A stretch of 64,000 nt of DNA from positions 21,516 through 85,515 of the forward strand of contig CAZMJB010000001.1 of the NCBI GenBank assembly GCA_964566735.1, in the 5' to 3' direction. The position numbers were made by a program, and so were the translations under genes. Positions 51,656 through 63,947 of the stretch are shown in pieces; position 1 is the first letter of the stretch, and each line of letters begins with the position of its first letter. A model generated the notes under the pieces. That model was not told the DNA's origin. It ran no database searches and was given only the letters and a program-made list of their open reading frames with translations. This DNA comes from an uncultured Candidatus Saccharibacteria bacterium (lineage in GTDB: Bacteria > Patescibacteriota > Saccharimonadia > Saccharimonadales > Saccharimonadaceae).

Positions 51656-54544
51656 CTAAACTACCACACTTACAAGGCGCCCAGGTACGTAAATCACTTT
51701 CTTCGGTTCACCTTCGACAAAGCGCACAACATTTTCGTGTGCTAATGCCTGCTTTTTGATCTCTTCAGGGTCAGTATCTTTCGCTACCTGAATCTCACCA
51801 CGAAGCTTTCCGTTCACCTGAACAGCAATCGTAATGACGTCTTCAACAATCAGCGCCTCATCCCATACTGGCCAGCTACCATTTTGTACGAGCCCTTCGC
51901 CGCCAAGTTGCTCCCAAAGTTCGTTTGCCATGTGAGGCGCAAATGGCTCGACGAGTTGCACTAATGTCTTCAGCGCTTCTGGCCATGCATCTTCTGAATA
52001 GCCGTCAATCTTAAACTTATAGAGGTCGTTTACAAATTCCATCAACGCTGCGATTGCCGTGTTGAAGCTAAGGCGACGAATGTCATCGGTTACCTTGCGG
52101 ATCGTCTTGTGCTGCGCAACTCGAATCGCATCATCGTTTTTAGTGACATTCTTTTCAGCCGTCCCGTCGTATTGCTGGACGAGCGTCCAAATACGATTAA
52201 GGAATCGGTAAATACCCGCAATACCGCGTGAATCCCAGTTTGCATCAAGCTCAATAGGACCCATGAAGAGCAAGTAGGTGCGGAGTGCGTCGGCGCCGTA
52301 GCCCTGGTCAATAACAACCAGTGGGTCGATCACGTTACCCTTACTCTTACTCATCTTCGTACCATCTTCGGCATTAATGTAGCCGTGGTAGACGAGCTTC
52401 TTTACGGGTTCAGCAACATCAAGGAGCCCCATGTCTTTGAAGACATGTGACCAGAATCGTACGTACAGAAGGTGTGCAACCGCGTGGTCACCACCAACAT
52501 AGAAATCAACCGGGTTCCAGTAGTTTGCTTTCGCAGGCTCCCACGCCTGAGCGCTATTGTTCGGGTCGCTATAGCGAAGTAGGTACCAGCTTGAACATGC
52601 ATAACCGTCCATGGTGTCGGTTTCGCGCTTTGCAGGTTTGCCACACTCAGGACAGGTCGTATTTACCCATTCCGATGCATGTGCAAGCGTCGATTGGCCA
52701 TCACCCTTAGGCGCAAAGTCTTCAACCTCAGGAAGTACCACTGGTAGTTGGTCTTCGGGGACAGCAACTGCACCATGTTCTTCACAATGGATAATTGGAA
52801 TCGGCGCACCCCAGTAGCGCTGACGGCTAATGAGCCAGTCGCGCATTTTGAAGGTAGTTTTTGCAGCACCAAGGTTGTTTTCTTCGAGCCAGGTGACGAT
52901 TGCTTCGCGGGCTTCTGCGGTTTCTGTCCCACTAAAGTCACCCGAGTTTACCAAGATACCCTCACGTACTTCAGTGTCGATCGTCTTCCCCTCTAGGTAC
53001 GCTCGCCACATCCTTTCGTGATCGCTCCAGGTAAGCCGTGCTTCGACGTCTTCCTTCGCTACCCATTCAATACGGTGGAGCCCTTGCTCAATTTCACTTT
53101 CAACTTGAACGGTTGGGTCAATAACGACCTCATACGCCGCGCCATATGAAAGCTGGTTGCGATTCTTTCCAATGCGGTACGCGTAGGTTGCAGACTCTGG
53201 GCTCACCTTGTTAATGCTAACAATCGTCGTGTAGCCGGTTTCTTCCATAATTTCACGTCGAATAGCCGCTTCGGTTGATTCGTCTTCGGCATCAACACCG
53301 CCACCAGGGAAGTGGACTTGCAATACATTTTCTTTTTCTTCAATTTGAAGCAAGTATTTACCTTCTCCGTCGGTGATAATTGCATCAATAACAGGACGCT
53401 TCAAGGTTTCGACATCATCACGAAGCGCACCTTCGCCTGAAGTATGCACTTCGTAGTTTGCAACCACTTGGACGACTGGAAGCTTGTACTTTTCAGCAAA
53501 CGCAAGGTCGCGTTCGTCATGCGCCGGAACAGCCATAACCGCACCGGTGCCGTAGCCGCCAAGAACATAATCGGCTACCCAAATAGGCACCTTTTCACCA
53601 TTCAATGGGTTGATTGCGTATGACCCAGTAAAGACACCCGTCTTTTCCTTCGTGTCGTTCGTTCGCTCAATTTCAGACTTCTTAACAGCTTCTTTAATGT
53701 ACGCCTCGGTCGCTTCTTTAAAGTCACCTGTCGCAAGCTTCAATGACAAAGCGTGTTCAGGCGCAAGCACCACAAACGTCGCACCAAAAATGGTGTCTGG
53801 GCGGGTTGAAAATACCGTAATAACGTCATCGGAATCAGCAACCTTAAACTGAATTTCGGCGCCAACAGAGCGGCCGATCCAGTTGGTTTGTGCGGTCTTA
53901 ATTTTTTGCGGCCAATCAAGGCCATCAATGTCATCGAGCAGTTCATCTGCGTAGTCGGTAATCTTGAAGAACCATTGCTTCATTGATTTCTTTTCAACCA
54001 ATGAGCCACAGCGCCAACAGTGACCGCCTTCTACTTGCTCGTTGGCAAGCACAGTTTTATCAACCGGGCACCACCACTGCAAAGCCTCTTTTTGGTAAGC
54101 AAGGCCGCGCCTATAAAATTCAGTGAAGATCCACTGGGTCCATTTGTAATACTCAGGGTCACTGGTGTTAATTTCACGTGCCCAATCGATACTCGAGCCA
54201 ATTCGTTTAATCTGGTTTTTGAAGTTAGCGATAAACGTTTCAGTTGCGACAACCGGAGATGTATTGGTTTTAATCGCATAGTTTTCGGTCGGGAGGCCAA
54301 AAGCATCCCACCCCATTGGGTTTAATACATTATGACCGTGTTGGCGGTAAAAACGAGCAATCGCGTCAACAATTGAGTGCTCAAAAGCATGTCCTGTGTG
54401 CATACCAGCGCCGCTTGGATACGGGAACATTGGCGACACATACGTTTTTACGCGGGTGTCATTATCAAGTGCAGCAAAGGCTTGCTGCTCCTCCCAAATG
54501 TGTTGCCATTTGGGTTCTATTTCTGCCGGGTTGTATCGCCTCAT
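51656..54544 (-). CDS. leuS: Leucine-tRNA ligase carrying an inserted NUDIX domain
   Basis: The start is moved to MRRYNPAEIEPKWQ. HTGH and KMSKSKGN class I motifs are present. A ~165-aa insert lies between AHDERDLAFAEKYKLPVVQVV and GILVNSGDFSG and contains a perfect Nudix box, GVDAEDESTEAAIRREIMEETGY. Confidence 0.95.
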   Translation of the reverse strand: MRRYNPAEIEPKWQHIWEEQQAFAALDNDTRVKTYVSPMFPYPSGAGMHTGHAFEHSIVDAIARFYRQHGHNVLNPMGWDAFGLPTENYAIKTNTSPVVATETFIANFKNQIKRIGSSIDWAREINTSDPEYYKWTQWIFTEFYRRGLAYQKEALQWWCPVDKTVLANEQVEGGHCWRCGSLVEKKSMKQWFFKITDYADELLDDIDGLDWPQKIKTAQTNWIGRSVGAEIQFKVADSDDVITVFSTRPDTIFGATFVVLAPEHALSLKLATGDFKEATEAYIKEAVKKSEIERTNDTKEKTGVFTGSYAINPLNGEKVPIWVADYVLGGYGTGAVMAVPAHDERDLAFAEKYKLPVVQVVANYEVHTSGEGALRDDVETLKRPVIDAIITDGEGKYLLQIEEKENVLQVHFPGGGVDAEDESTEAAIRREIMEETGYTTIVSINKVSPESATYAYRIGKNRNQLSYGAAYEVVIDPTVQVESEIEQGLHRIEWVAKEDVEARLTWSDHERMWRAYLEGKTIDTEVREGILVNSGDFSGTETAEAREAIVTWLEENNLGAAKTTFKMRDWLISRQRYWGAPIPIIHCEEHGAVAVPEDQLPVVLPEVEDFAPKGDGQSTLAHASEWVNTTCPECGKPAKRETDTMDGYACSSWYLLRYSDPNNSAQAWEPAKANYWNPVDFYVGGDHAVAHLLYVRFWSHVFKDMGLLDVAEPVKKLVYHGYINAEDGTKMSKSKGNVIDPLVVIDQGYGADALRTYLLFMGPIELDANWDSRGIAGIYRFLNRIWTLVQQYDGTAEKNVTKNDDAIRVAQHKTIRKVTDDIRRLSFNTAIAALMEFVNDLYKFKIDGYSEDAWPEALKTLVQLVEPFAPHMANELWEQLGGEGLVQNGSWPVWDEALIVEDVITIAVQVNGKLRGEIQVAKDTDPEEIKKQALAHENVVRFVEGEPKKVIYVPGRLVSVVV

Positions 54545-54573
54545 AACAGAGTAAGTGTAGCACAAGAGGCGAC

Positions 54574-56025
54574 TTAGTTAAACTCGGTCATCATTTCCGC
54601 TTCGTCTGAAGATAGCTCGCTGCTTGTTTCAGAGAATGAGCCGAAATATTCTTCGTAGGCTTTTTCGATATCGGCTTGAAGCTCAGAGAGTGGAATCGCG
54701 TCGGTTGGAATTTCAACAGTTTGGTCTTGGTTGAAGACTGGGTTAACAACAATATTGCCCTTGGTTCCGTCTTCGTCCGCCTTCAAGTTCACCTCTGTTA
54801 TATAGTGTCCAAAACGGCTCACCCAAATTTCAGCTTCAGTTTCAGTGCCATCATCCTTCTTCGCGTCGTCGCTTACGATATCTTCAAACTTAATCGATTC
54901 ATCACATTCTGCAAAGCGTTGGCCAAGTTCGGTTGCCCCAAAGCCCGTAAAGAACGCGTCGGCAACTTCAGGGTCTGCACTGAGCTTGTACCCCAAGCTT
55001 CCTTGCCCATTAATGGTGCGCGAGCCAAGCTTATCACCAACAATAATGAACTGGTTATTCTTATAGAGGGCTTTGGTTTCGTCTTCAACTTTTCGAAGGA
55101 AGGCCGCGTCTTCATCGAGCTGCTTTGAAATGTCCGCCACGCATTGCTGTGACTTTTGGTAGTCTTCGCTAAAGTCGCCAAGATCTTCTTTGCCAATCTT
55201 GATCCAACGGCTATCGATTTTCTCAATCACACCCCCAAAGACTTCAAGACTGAGCTGCCCGTTTGATTGCTCTTCAATAGAAGCGGCTAACTTTTTCGCT
55301 TCATTGAGCTTAATGTAAATGTCACCATCGGCGCCGTAAATTCCTTCGCCATCAACAGTAAAGCTCGTACCATCAGCTGCGAACGTCAACTTTACGGCCA
55401 TCTGTGCATTTGCTTCGATGCTATTTTTTGCAGATGCTTCGAGCTTCAATGTGTATTCATCGCTTTCAAGTTCAAGTGTACCCGTCGCACTGACCGTCTT
55501 TGCGGTAATGGCATTTACGACAGCATCGGTAACGACTTTTTCTGGATTTTGGTACCAAAAATTATACGCAAACGCACTTCCGCCAATAAGGAGTGCTGCA
55601 ACCCCGGCGACAATAAGGCCAATAATAAGTGGTTTCTTCGTTTTCTTAGGGGTCGCAGTTGAGTACTGAGCGGGTTGCGCAGCAACAGGAGCGGCGGCAA
55701 CAGGAGCTTCTTCTGTCGTTGAAACCGGTTCACCGTCCGCTGAAGTTGCGGTGTCCACAGGTACCGATTCTTCTGGCGCTATTGGCTGCTCAAGAGGAGC
55801 CGCCTCAGATACAGGTGCTGCATTTTCCGTTAAGATAGGCTCTTCAGTTGGAGCTGGCTCTACGGCACTATCTTGCTCAACAGGTATCTCGGCTTGATCG
55901 GTGGATTCTTCCGTCAGCAAACTCGAGGTATCGTCAGGTGAAGGTAAGGTCGACGGTTCGTCCTGAGGCCCGGTTAGTGGTTCGTTTTCTGGTGACACTA
56001 TTTCGTCTTTTGGTTCGTCTCGCAT
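54574..56025 (-). CDS. Membrane-anchored hypothetical protein
   Basis: 483 aa with an acidic/Pro-rich N-terminus, one TM helix (LIIGLIVAGVAALLIGGSAFA) and a large extracytoplasmic domain. Confidence 0.55.
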   Translation of the reverse strand: MRDEPKDEIVSPENEPLTGPQDEPSTLPSPDDTSSLLTEESTDQAEIPVEQDSAVEPAPTEEPILTENAAPVSEAAPLEQPIAPEESVPVDTATSADGEPVSTTEEAPVAAAPVAAQPAQYSTATPKKTKKPLIIGLIVAGVAALLIGGSAFAYNFWYQNPEKVVTDAVVNAITAKTVSATGTLELESDEYTLKLEASAKNSIEANAQMAVKLTFAADGTSFTVDGEGIYGADGDIYIKLNEAKKLAASIEEQSNGQLSLEVFGGVIEKIDSRWIKIGKEDLGDFSEDYQKSQQCVADISKQLDEDAAFLRKVEDETKALYKNNQFIIVGDKLGSRTINGQGSLGYKLSADPEVADAFFTGFGATELGQRFAECDESIKFEDIVSDDAKKDDGTETEAEIWVSRFGHYITEVNLKADEDGTKGNIVVNPVFNQDQTVEIPTDAIPLSELQADIEKAYEEYFGSFSETSSELSSDEAEMMTEFN

Positions 56026-56071
56026 ACTATACTCTCACTTATTAGCTTCTGCCTTAAGCATACCATAAGCA

Positions 56072-57355
56072 TTACGAGAGATTAGAGAAAAAATCACGCT
56101 TCTTCTTAAGCCAAGCCGGAGACTGACGCACAAGCTGCTCCTCGTCTTCTGTCGAGTGAAGCACGACCTTCACACCCTCTTCAAGATAAATACCACCTTG
56201 TGAGCCTTTAAAGAGGAGTGCAGCGCCACGCTCAAGGAATTTATGCGCATAGGCACCAGCATCAATAGCACTTTTGAAACTTACGACGTGGCAGCCATTT
56301 GCGCGCGCAACCGGCGCAAGGTATTTCTCTGCGTCCTCTCCTACGGTAATAATGTGGGCGAGCTCGACTGGGTCACATAACTTACCGACAGCTGCGTGCT
56401 CGGCTTCAGACATATCACCAAGCTCGTTCATACTTCCGAGCACCGCAATGCGCTGCGGAACATTCATCTGATACAGCGCGCGCAGTGCCGAAGCGACCGC
56501 AAGTGGGCTCGAGTTATATGTATCGTCAATAATAATCGAGCTATTCACTCCACGCAGCAGATTCATGCGCCCTTGTACCGCTCGAATCTTACTCATCCCA
56601 ACAGCAACTTCTTCTGGTGTCATGCCAAGCTTCGCCGCTACTGCTCCAGCCGCTACTGCTGCACGGGTACTGTGCTCACCAATCAGCTGCAGTGTTGTGG
56701 GGACGGCCTGTTGATATTCCGGCGCAACAAACACGCCCGTAAAGCCATCTTCAAACGCATAGTCGCTGCTGTCGAATCGGTATTCAGCCGCATCGGTTGT
56801 GCCATAAGTATTCAGGTTTGGGTTTGTAATGTCTTGTGCATACACACCAGGCACATCATCCCTGTTAATAAGCGCCCATTTACTATAGTTTGCTGCCGAC
56901 AACTCTTCTGCCGCCACTGCATCCATTGTTTTGAAAAATTCCATGTGCTCCGGAGCAACGGACGTCACCACGGCAAGATCTGGCTTGAGATAGGTACCGA
57001 AGTGTGGAATTTGGCCAATGCCATCGGTGCCAAGCTCCTGAACAATCACATCCACGTCAGCAGGCTGTTTAATGCGCAGCTTTACGGCTTTAAATACCGT
57101 CATCCACTGGCCAAGGTTTCGAATATCATCCGGAAACTCAACACCTAAAATTGCGAGTGGCGCACTGAGTTCAGAGTTATGATTCCCTTCATGAAGACGA
57201 ACACGGAATTTCTCGTTGAGCACCGTACCGATCGCGATTTTTGTACTGGTCTTGCCAACGCTTCCAACAACCGCAACAAGTTTTACTTCCGGATGCTTTT
57301 GAAAATATTTCTTAACGGCGCGTTCAAGTTTTGATCGAATGAAGGTTTTAAACAT
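56072..57355 (-). CDS. murF: Mur ligase, MurF-like (UDP-MurNAc-tripeptide--D-Ala-D-Ala ligase)
   Basis: VVGSVGKTSTK is the P-loop. GNHNSELSAPL matches the MurF-type GN.NN.iG.P pattern, and APEHMEFF is present. Confidence 0.75.
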   Translation of the reverse strand: MFKTFIRSKLERAVKKYFQKHPEVKLVAVVGSVGKTSTKIAIGTVLNEKFRVRLHEGNHNSELSAPLAILGVEFPDDIRNLGQWMTVFKAVKLRIKQPADVDVIVQELGTDGIGQIPHFGTYLKPDLAVVTSVAPEHMEFFKTMDAVAAEELSAANYSKWALINRDDVPGVYAQDITNPNLNTYGTTDAAEYRFDSSDYAFEDGFTGVFVAPEYQQAVPTTLQLIGEHSTRAAVAAGAVAAKLGMTPEEVAVGMSKIRAVQGRMNLLRGVNSSIIIDDTYNSSPLAVASALRALYQMNVPQRIAVLGSMNELGDMSEAEHAAVGKLCDPVELAHIITVGEDAEKYLAPVARANGCHVVSFKSAIDAGAYAHKFLERGAALLFKGSQGGIYLEEGVKVVLHSTEDEEQLVRQSPAWLKKKRDFFSNLS

Positions 57356-57406
57356 TAGGTCTATTATAGGACAGCTCGAGAAAATACACGAATAGCTAAT
57401 TTACTA

Positions 57407-57637
57407 CTAATGGGTTGGGTGCCATTTGTCATCCTCCCCCTTCTCGTATTTCTTCTTCACCGCAGACCATGCCACTTTATGCGCCGTTTCTTCACGATCT
57501 GCATCTCCATGCCTATCTTCAGGGTCTTTATATTCTTCATAAGCACTATTAAATGCTTCCTTATAAATATCTTGGGCGTGATCGGGCAATACAGATTTCA
57601 CGTTATCGGGTAATTCGCTCGTTGATTTGTAGGGCAT
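57407..57637 (-). CDS. ChaB-family protein
   Basis: 76 aa. LPDNVKSVLPDHAQDIYKEAFNSAYEEY...AHKVAWSAVKKKYEK matches the ChaB pattern. Confidence 0.7.
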   Translation of the reverse strand: MPYKSTSELPDNVKSVLPDHAQDIYKEAFNSAYEEYKDPEDRHGDADREETAHKVAWSAVKKKYEKGEDDKWHPTH

Positions 57638-57675
57638 ACATCCTCCTCACTTATTACCTTCTTAGTATACGCCGA

Positions 57676-57708
57676 CCAACAGAAAACCACCTCCTTTTAC
57701 AGAGGTGG
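57676..57708 (-). terminator. Intrinsic terminator with no upstream CDS on its strand
   Basis: The minus strand reads CCACCTC, loop tgtaaaag, GAGGTGG followed by TTTTCTGTT. Confidence 0.5.
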
Positions 57709-58026
57709 CTCTTTGCTGCTGCGCGCCCACCCGGGGCGGCTTGCTGTTCAGATATGTTTGTTTTAGCACGGGTCACCCCATGCGCATCAGCATATGTAAA
57801 GTATGCAACGACTCAGCAAAAAACGCAAGCGGTTTACACCCCCTTTTCACAAAAAGTGCCTGCTATAGTATTTTTCCTGAAAATATGATTAGATAAGCTT
57901 GTTCAGAAACGCACTCGTGCCCAAGCACCTAGAGCGCATCTCTTACAGAGGTACACTCTCTCGTTCGCCGAAGCGCTTGCCAGCAGGTCGATCTGACAGC
58001 AACTAAATAGAACAGAGAGTATATCT

Positions 58027-58356
58027 ATGTCACAAGTAAACTTGTTTATCGGAAGCCTCGCATACGCGACTACTGACGACAGCCTCAAGGCATTCTTCGA
58101 GACTATCGGTGAAGTTACCAGCGCACGCGTTGTAACTGATCGCGACACTGGCCGTTCAAAGGGCTTTGGTTTTGTGGAATTTGCTGATGAAGCAAACAAC
58201 CAAAAAGCTATCGACGAATTGAACGGTAAGGAACTTGATGGTCGTGCCATCAACGTTAACCTTGCTCGTCCAAAAGAAGATCGTCCTCGCCGTGACTTCG
58301 GCGGTAACGACCGCGGTGGCAACGGTGGTGGTGCATTCCGCCAACGTAGCTGGTAA
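58027..58356 (+). CDS. RRM-type glycine-rich RNA-binding protein
   Basis: RNP2 is LFIGSL and RNP1 is KGFGFVEF. The tail is Arg/Gly-rich. Confidence 0.85.
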   Translation: MSQVNLFIGSLAYATTDDSLKAFFETIGEVTSARVVTDRDTGRSKGFGFVEFADEANNQKAIDELNGKELDGRAINVNLARPKEDRPRRDFGGNDRGGNGGGAFRQRSW

Positions 58357-58368
58357 TTCCAACCGCTT

Positions 58369-58402
58369 TAAAATAACCTCCCGCTTGGGAGGTTATTTTT
58401 TG
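58369..58402. terminator. Bidirectional intrinsic terminator
   Basis: AAATAACCTCCC, loop gctt, GGGAGGTTATTT followed by TTT. Confidence 0.65.
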
Positions 58403-58405
58403 TCT

Positions 58406-58765
58406 TTATCGAAAGAGAGGCGAGACGAGTTGATCGTACGGGAGGTTAAACAAGGTAACAATAAGTCCAAAAGCGTTCAATAGCCATAATGTTGCTACAA
58501 CGACCGCACCGGTAAGTCCCAGCACGAGCACCTTCACAAACCAGTTTTGTCGCTTTAGCCATGCAACCCATCGGTCGTAGGTGCCTTTGGCGAATTCAAG
58601 CACACGGGCGGCAAATACAAATTCTGTTGCAAGAATAGCAAGCCCCCCAAATACAATCAACCAACCCGGACCCGGATACGGCACTAAGATAAGTCCAATT
58701 AAAACAACCAGTCCACCGACAATCCCAATCAAGAATTTCTTTGTGTGTCGGCTAAAGGCTTTCAT
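58406..58765 (-). CDS. PGPGW-motif membrane protein
   Basis: LVPYPGPGWLIVFGGLAILATEF is present. Confidence 0.65.
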   Translation of the reverse strand: MKAFSRHTKKFLIGIVGGLVVLIGLILVPYPGPGWLIVFGGLAILATEFVFAARVLEFAKGTYDRWVAWLKRQNWFVKVLVLGLTGAVVVATLWLLNAFGLIVTLFNLPYDQLVSPLFR

Positions 58766-59156
58766 TATTCTGGCAGCTCCTTAAATACTTCCGGAGACTT
58801 TCGGTAGTACTCATTCCATTCGTCATCATCCTTTAATGCAAGTGTTTCAACGAAGAGCCCTTTCGAAAATCCACCTTTCTTTTTACGTTTCTCTGCCTTT
58901 ATCGTATCGATTTCAGTTGAAGAAATGGTGTACGCAGCAGCTAAATCTTCGACAACCTGAAGCACATCAGCAAGTTCACCAGCTACCGAGGCTTTGTCAC
59001 TCAGATCAATCTCATTTGCTTCTTCGATGAGCTTATTTTTCAGCGCCTGAACAAGTTCTTCTTTAGACAACTCGCGGTAGGTAGCTTCTTGATCCAGTTC
59101 AACATATATTTCTTCGAGTCCATCACGCACGAGTTTATTAAATACAAATGTTGCCA

Positions 59157-59157
<1 letters not shown>
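58765..59157 (-). CDS. MazG-like/PRA-PH-like nucleotide pyrophosphohydrolase
   Basis: The N-terminus is FNKLVRDGLEEIY, followed by a helical EExxE-type region (LIEEANEI, ELADVLQVVEDL). Its start overlaps the ligA stop by 1 nt. Confidence 0.55.
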
Positions 59158-62164
<3,007 letters not shown>

Positions 62165-62181
<17 letters not shown>

Positions 62182-63040
62182 TTTCGTTAAGCCTCTTTAT
62201 ACGTTCTTCGAGTGGCGGGTGTGAACTGAAAAGCTTTGCGAAAAAACCTGGTTGGAGTGGATTACTAATAAAAAGCTGAGCGGTCGCAGAGTTCTGCTTT
62301 TTCATTGGCTGACCATATTGCAGGAGTTTGCCGAGCGCACTGGCCATACCAGCTGAATCGCGGGTTGTCATTGCTCCGGTTGCATCAGCGAGGTATTCGC
62401 GCTGTCGGCTAATCGCCATCTGTACAATTGCAGCAATGATTGGCGCGAGAATAATCACAATCAACCCAATAATAATGATTGCTGGGTTTGAACCTTCGCG
62501 GCGCTCACCCCCAAAGAACAACATGCGAAGCACAATGTCAGACAAAATACCGATAGCGCTTACAAGTCCGAAGGCAATCATACTGACGCGAATGTCGTAG
62601 TTTTGGACGTGGCCCATTTCGTGCGCCATAACAGCATTAAGTTCACGATCATCCATGATATCGAGTAGTCCGGTAGTTGCTGCAACAATAGCGTGCTTCG
62701 GGTCGCGGCCAGTGGCGAAGGCGTTCGGCGCTGCATCGTTAATGATGTACACCTTCGGCATCGGCATACCTAATGTAATTGAAAGGTTTTCGACGGTCCT
62801 ATATAGGCGCGGGTTGTCTTTTTTCTCGATTTGCTGAGCACCGGTCATTGCTACGGCAAGAGAGCCAGCAGCAAAATACTGAATGAGTGCATAAATAAGC
62901 ACCCCACCAAGTACCCACCAGGTAATCGAGGTGTCGCCAAAGAAAACACTGACGATATACCCAAGACCGGTAATAAGGCCAACAAACACCGCCATAATGA
63001 GGACGGTGTTGCGTTTGTTGGCCGCAATTGCGTTATACAT
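62165..63040 (-). CDS. htpX: Zinc metalloprotease HtpX (M48)
   Basis: HEMGHVQN is present, together with TM helices. Confidence 0.9.
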
Positions 63041-63060
63041 GAGCTTTTATATGTCCTTTA

Positions 63061-63624
63061 CTAGAACTTAACTTCAACCGGCTTGTTCGCAGCAGCTTGC
63101 TCAGCAATGTCAACTTCGAAGAAGTCGCGGTTTTTGAACCTAAACATACCGGCCACAACGTTCGCTGGGAATGTTTGGATTTTGGTGTTGAGTGATGTAA
63201 CACCTGAGTTGTAGAAACGACGTGCGCCTTGAATCTTGTCTTCAGTATCAACAAGCTCACGCTGCAGTTCTACGAAGTTTTCGTTTGCCTTAAGGTCTGG
63301 GTAGCTTTCAGCAACCGCAAACAGACTCTTCAATGCACCTTCGAACTGGTTTTCTGCAGCAGCAGTTTCTTTTACGCCATTCGCGTTAATAACGTTGGCA
63401 CGAGCTTCGGTTACAGCTTGGAAAACACCAGATTCGTGCTTTGCGTAGCCCTTTACGGTCTCGATGAGGTTTGGAATGAGGTCGAGACGACGCTTCAATT
63501 GAACATCAATGTCACTCCACGCTTCTTCAACACGCACACGTAACGTAACAAGACTGTTGTACGTCGCCCACACGAAAATACCGATCAGTACTACGACACC
63601 AAGAACTATCCAAAATGCAATCAT
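63061..63624 (-). CDS. lemA: LemA-family protein
   Basis: It has an N-terminal TM helix and typical LemA repeats (YNSLV...RRLDLIPNL...RRFYN). Confidence 0.9.
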   Translation of the reverse strand: MIAFWIVLGVVVLIGIFVWATYNSLVTLRVRVEEAWSDIDVQLKRRLDLIPNLIETVKGYAKHESGVFQAVTEARANVINANGVKETAAAENQFEGALKSLFAVAESYPDLKANENFVELQRELVDTEDKIQGARRFYNSGVTSLNTKIQTFPANVVAGMFRFKNRDFFEVDIAEQAAANKPVEVKF

Positions 63625-63739
63625 CTTTTCTCCTTATTTCTATACTCTTAATTATAGCAAAATAGCACGTGCTTTCCGAGTTTTTGCTGAGAAATTAAAT
63701 AAAATACACCCCCTTAAATATAAGAGGGTATATAAGTTC

Positions 63740-63826
63740 TGGTGCGCAGAGCGGGACTTGAACCCGCACGGCCGTGAAGCCAAGAGATTTTAAGTCTCTC
63801 GTGTCTACCAATTCCACCATCCGCGC
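63740..63826 (-). tRNA. tRNA-Leu (anticodon UAA), CCA encoded
   Basis: Manual cloverleaf: acceptor GCGCGGA/TCTGCGC, anticodon arm AGAGA-CTTAAAA-TCTCT, a long variable arm, T arm GCGGG-TTCAAGT-CCCGC, ACCA. Confidence 0.9.
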
Positions 63827-63947
63827 TTATTGCTGTATCTAGATACAAAATATACATAGTGGACGTTATGCGTATCGTAACCGACACGCGTGTCTACTAT
63901 ATATTTACGTTTCACGCAGCCACCATCCGGGCTACTATCAACGTGGT

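Noticed and set aside
57705-57896. 63-aa Cys-rich plus-strand ORF (possible small peptide)
   Set aside because: The GTG start is buried in the terminator stem and there is no RBS. The Cys residues come from GC-rich hairpin sequence. It runs through the predicted promoter of the RRM gene.
57903-58322. 139-aa minus-strand ORF
   Set aside because: It is antisense to the well-supported RRM gene and has an Arg/Ser/Ala-rich low-complexity translation. Similar antisense ORFs at 40309-40647, 51024-51374, 1682-1933 and 10553-10990 were rejected for the same reason.
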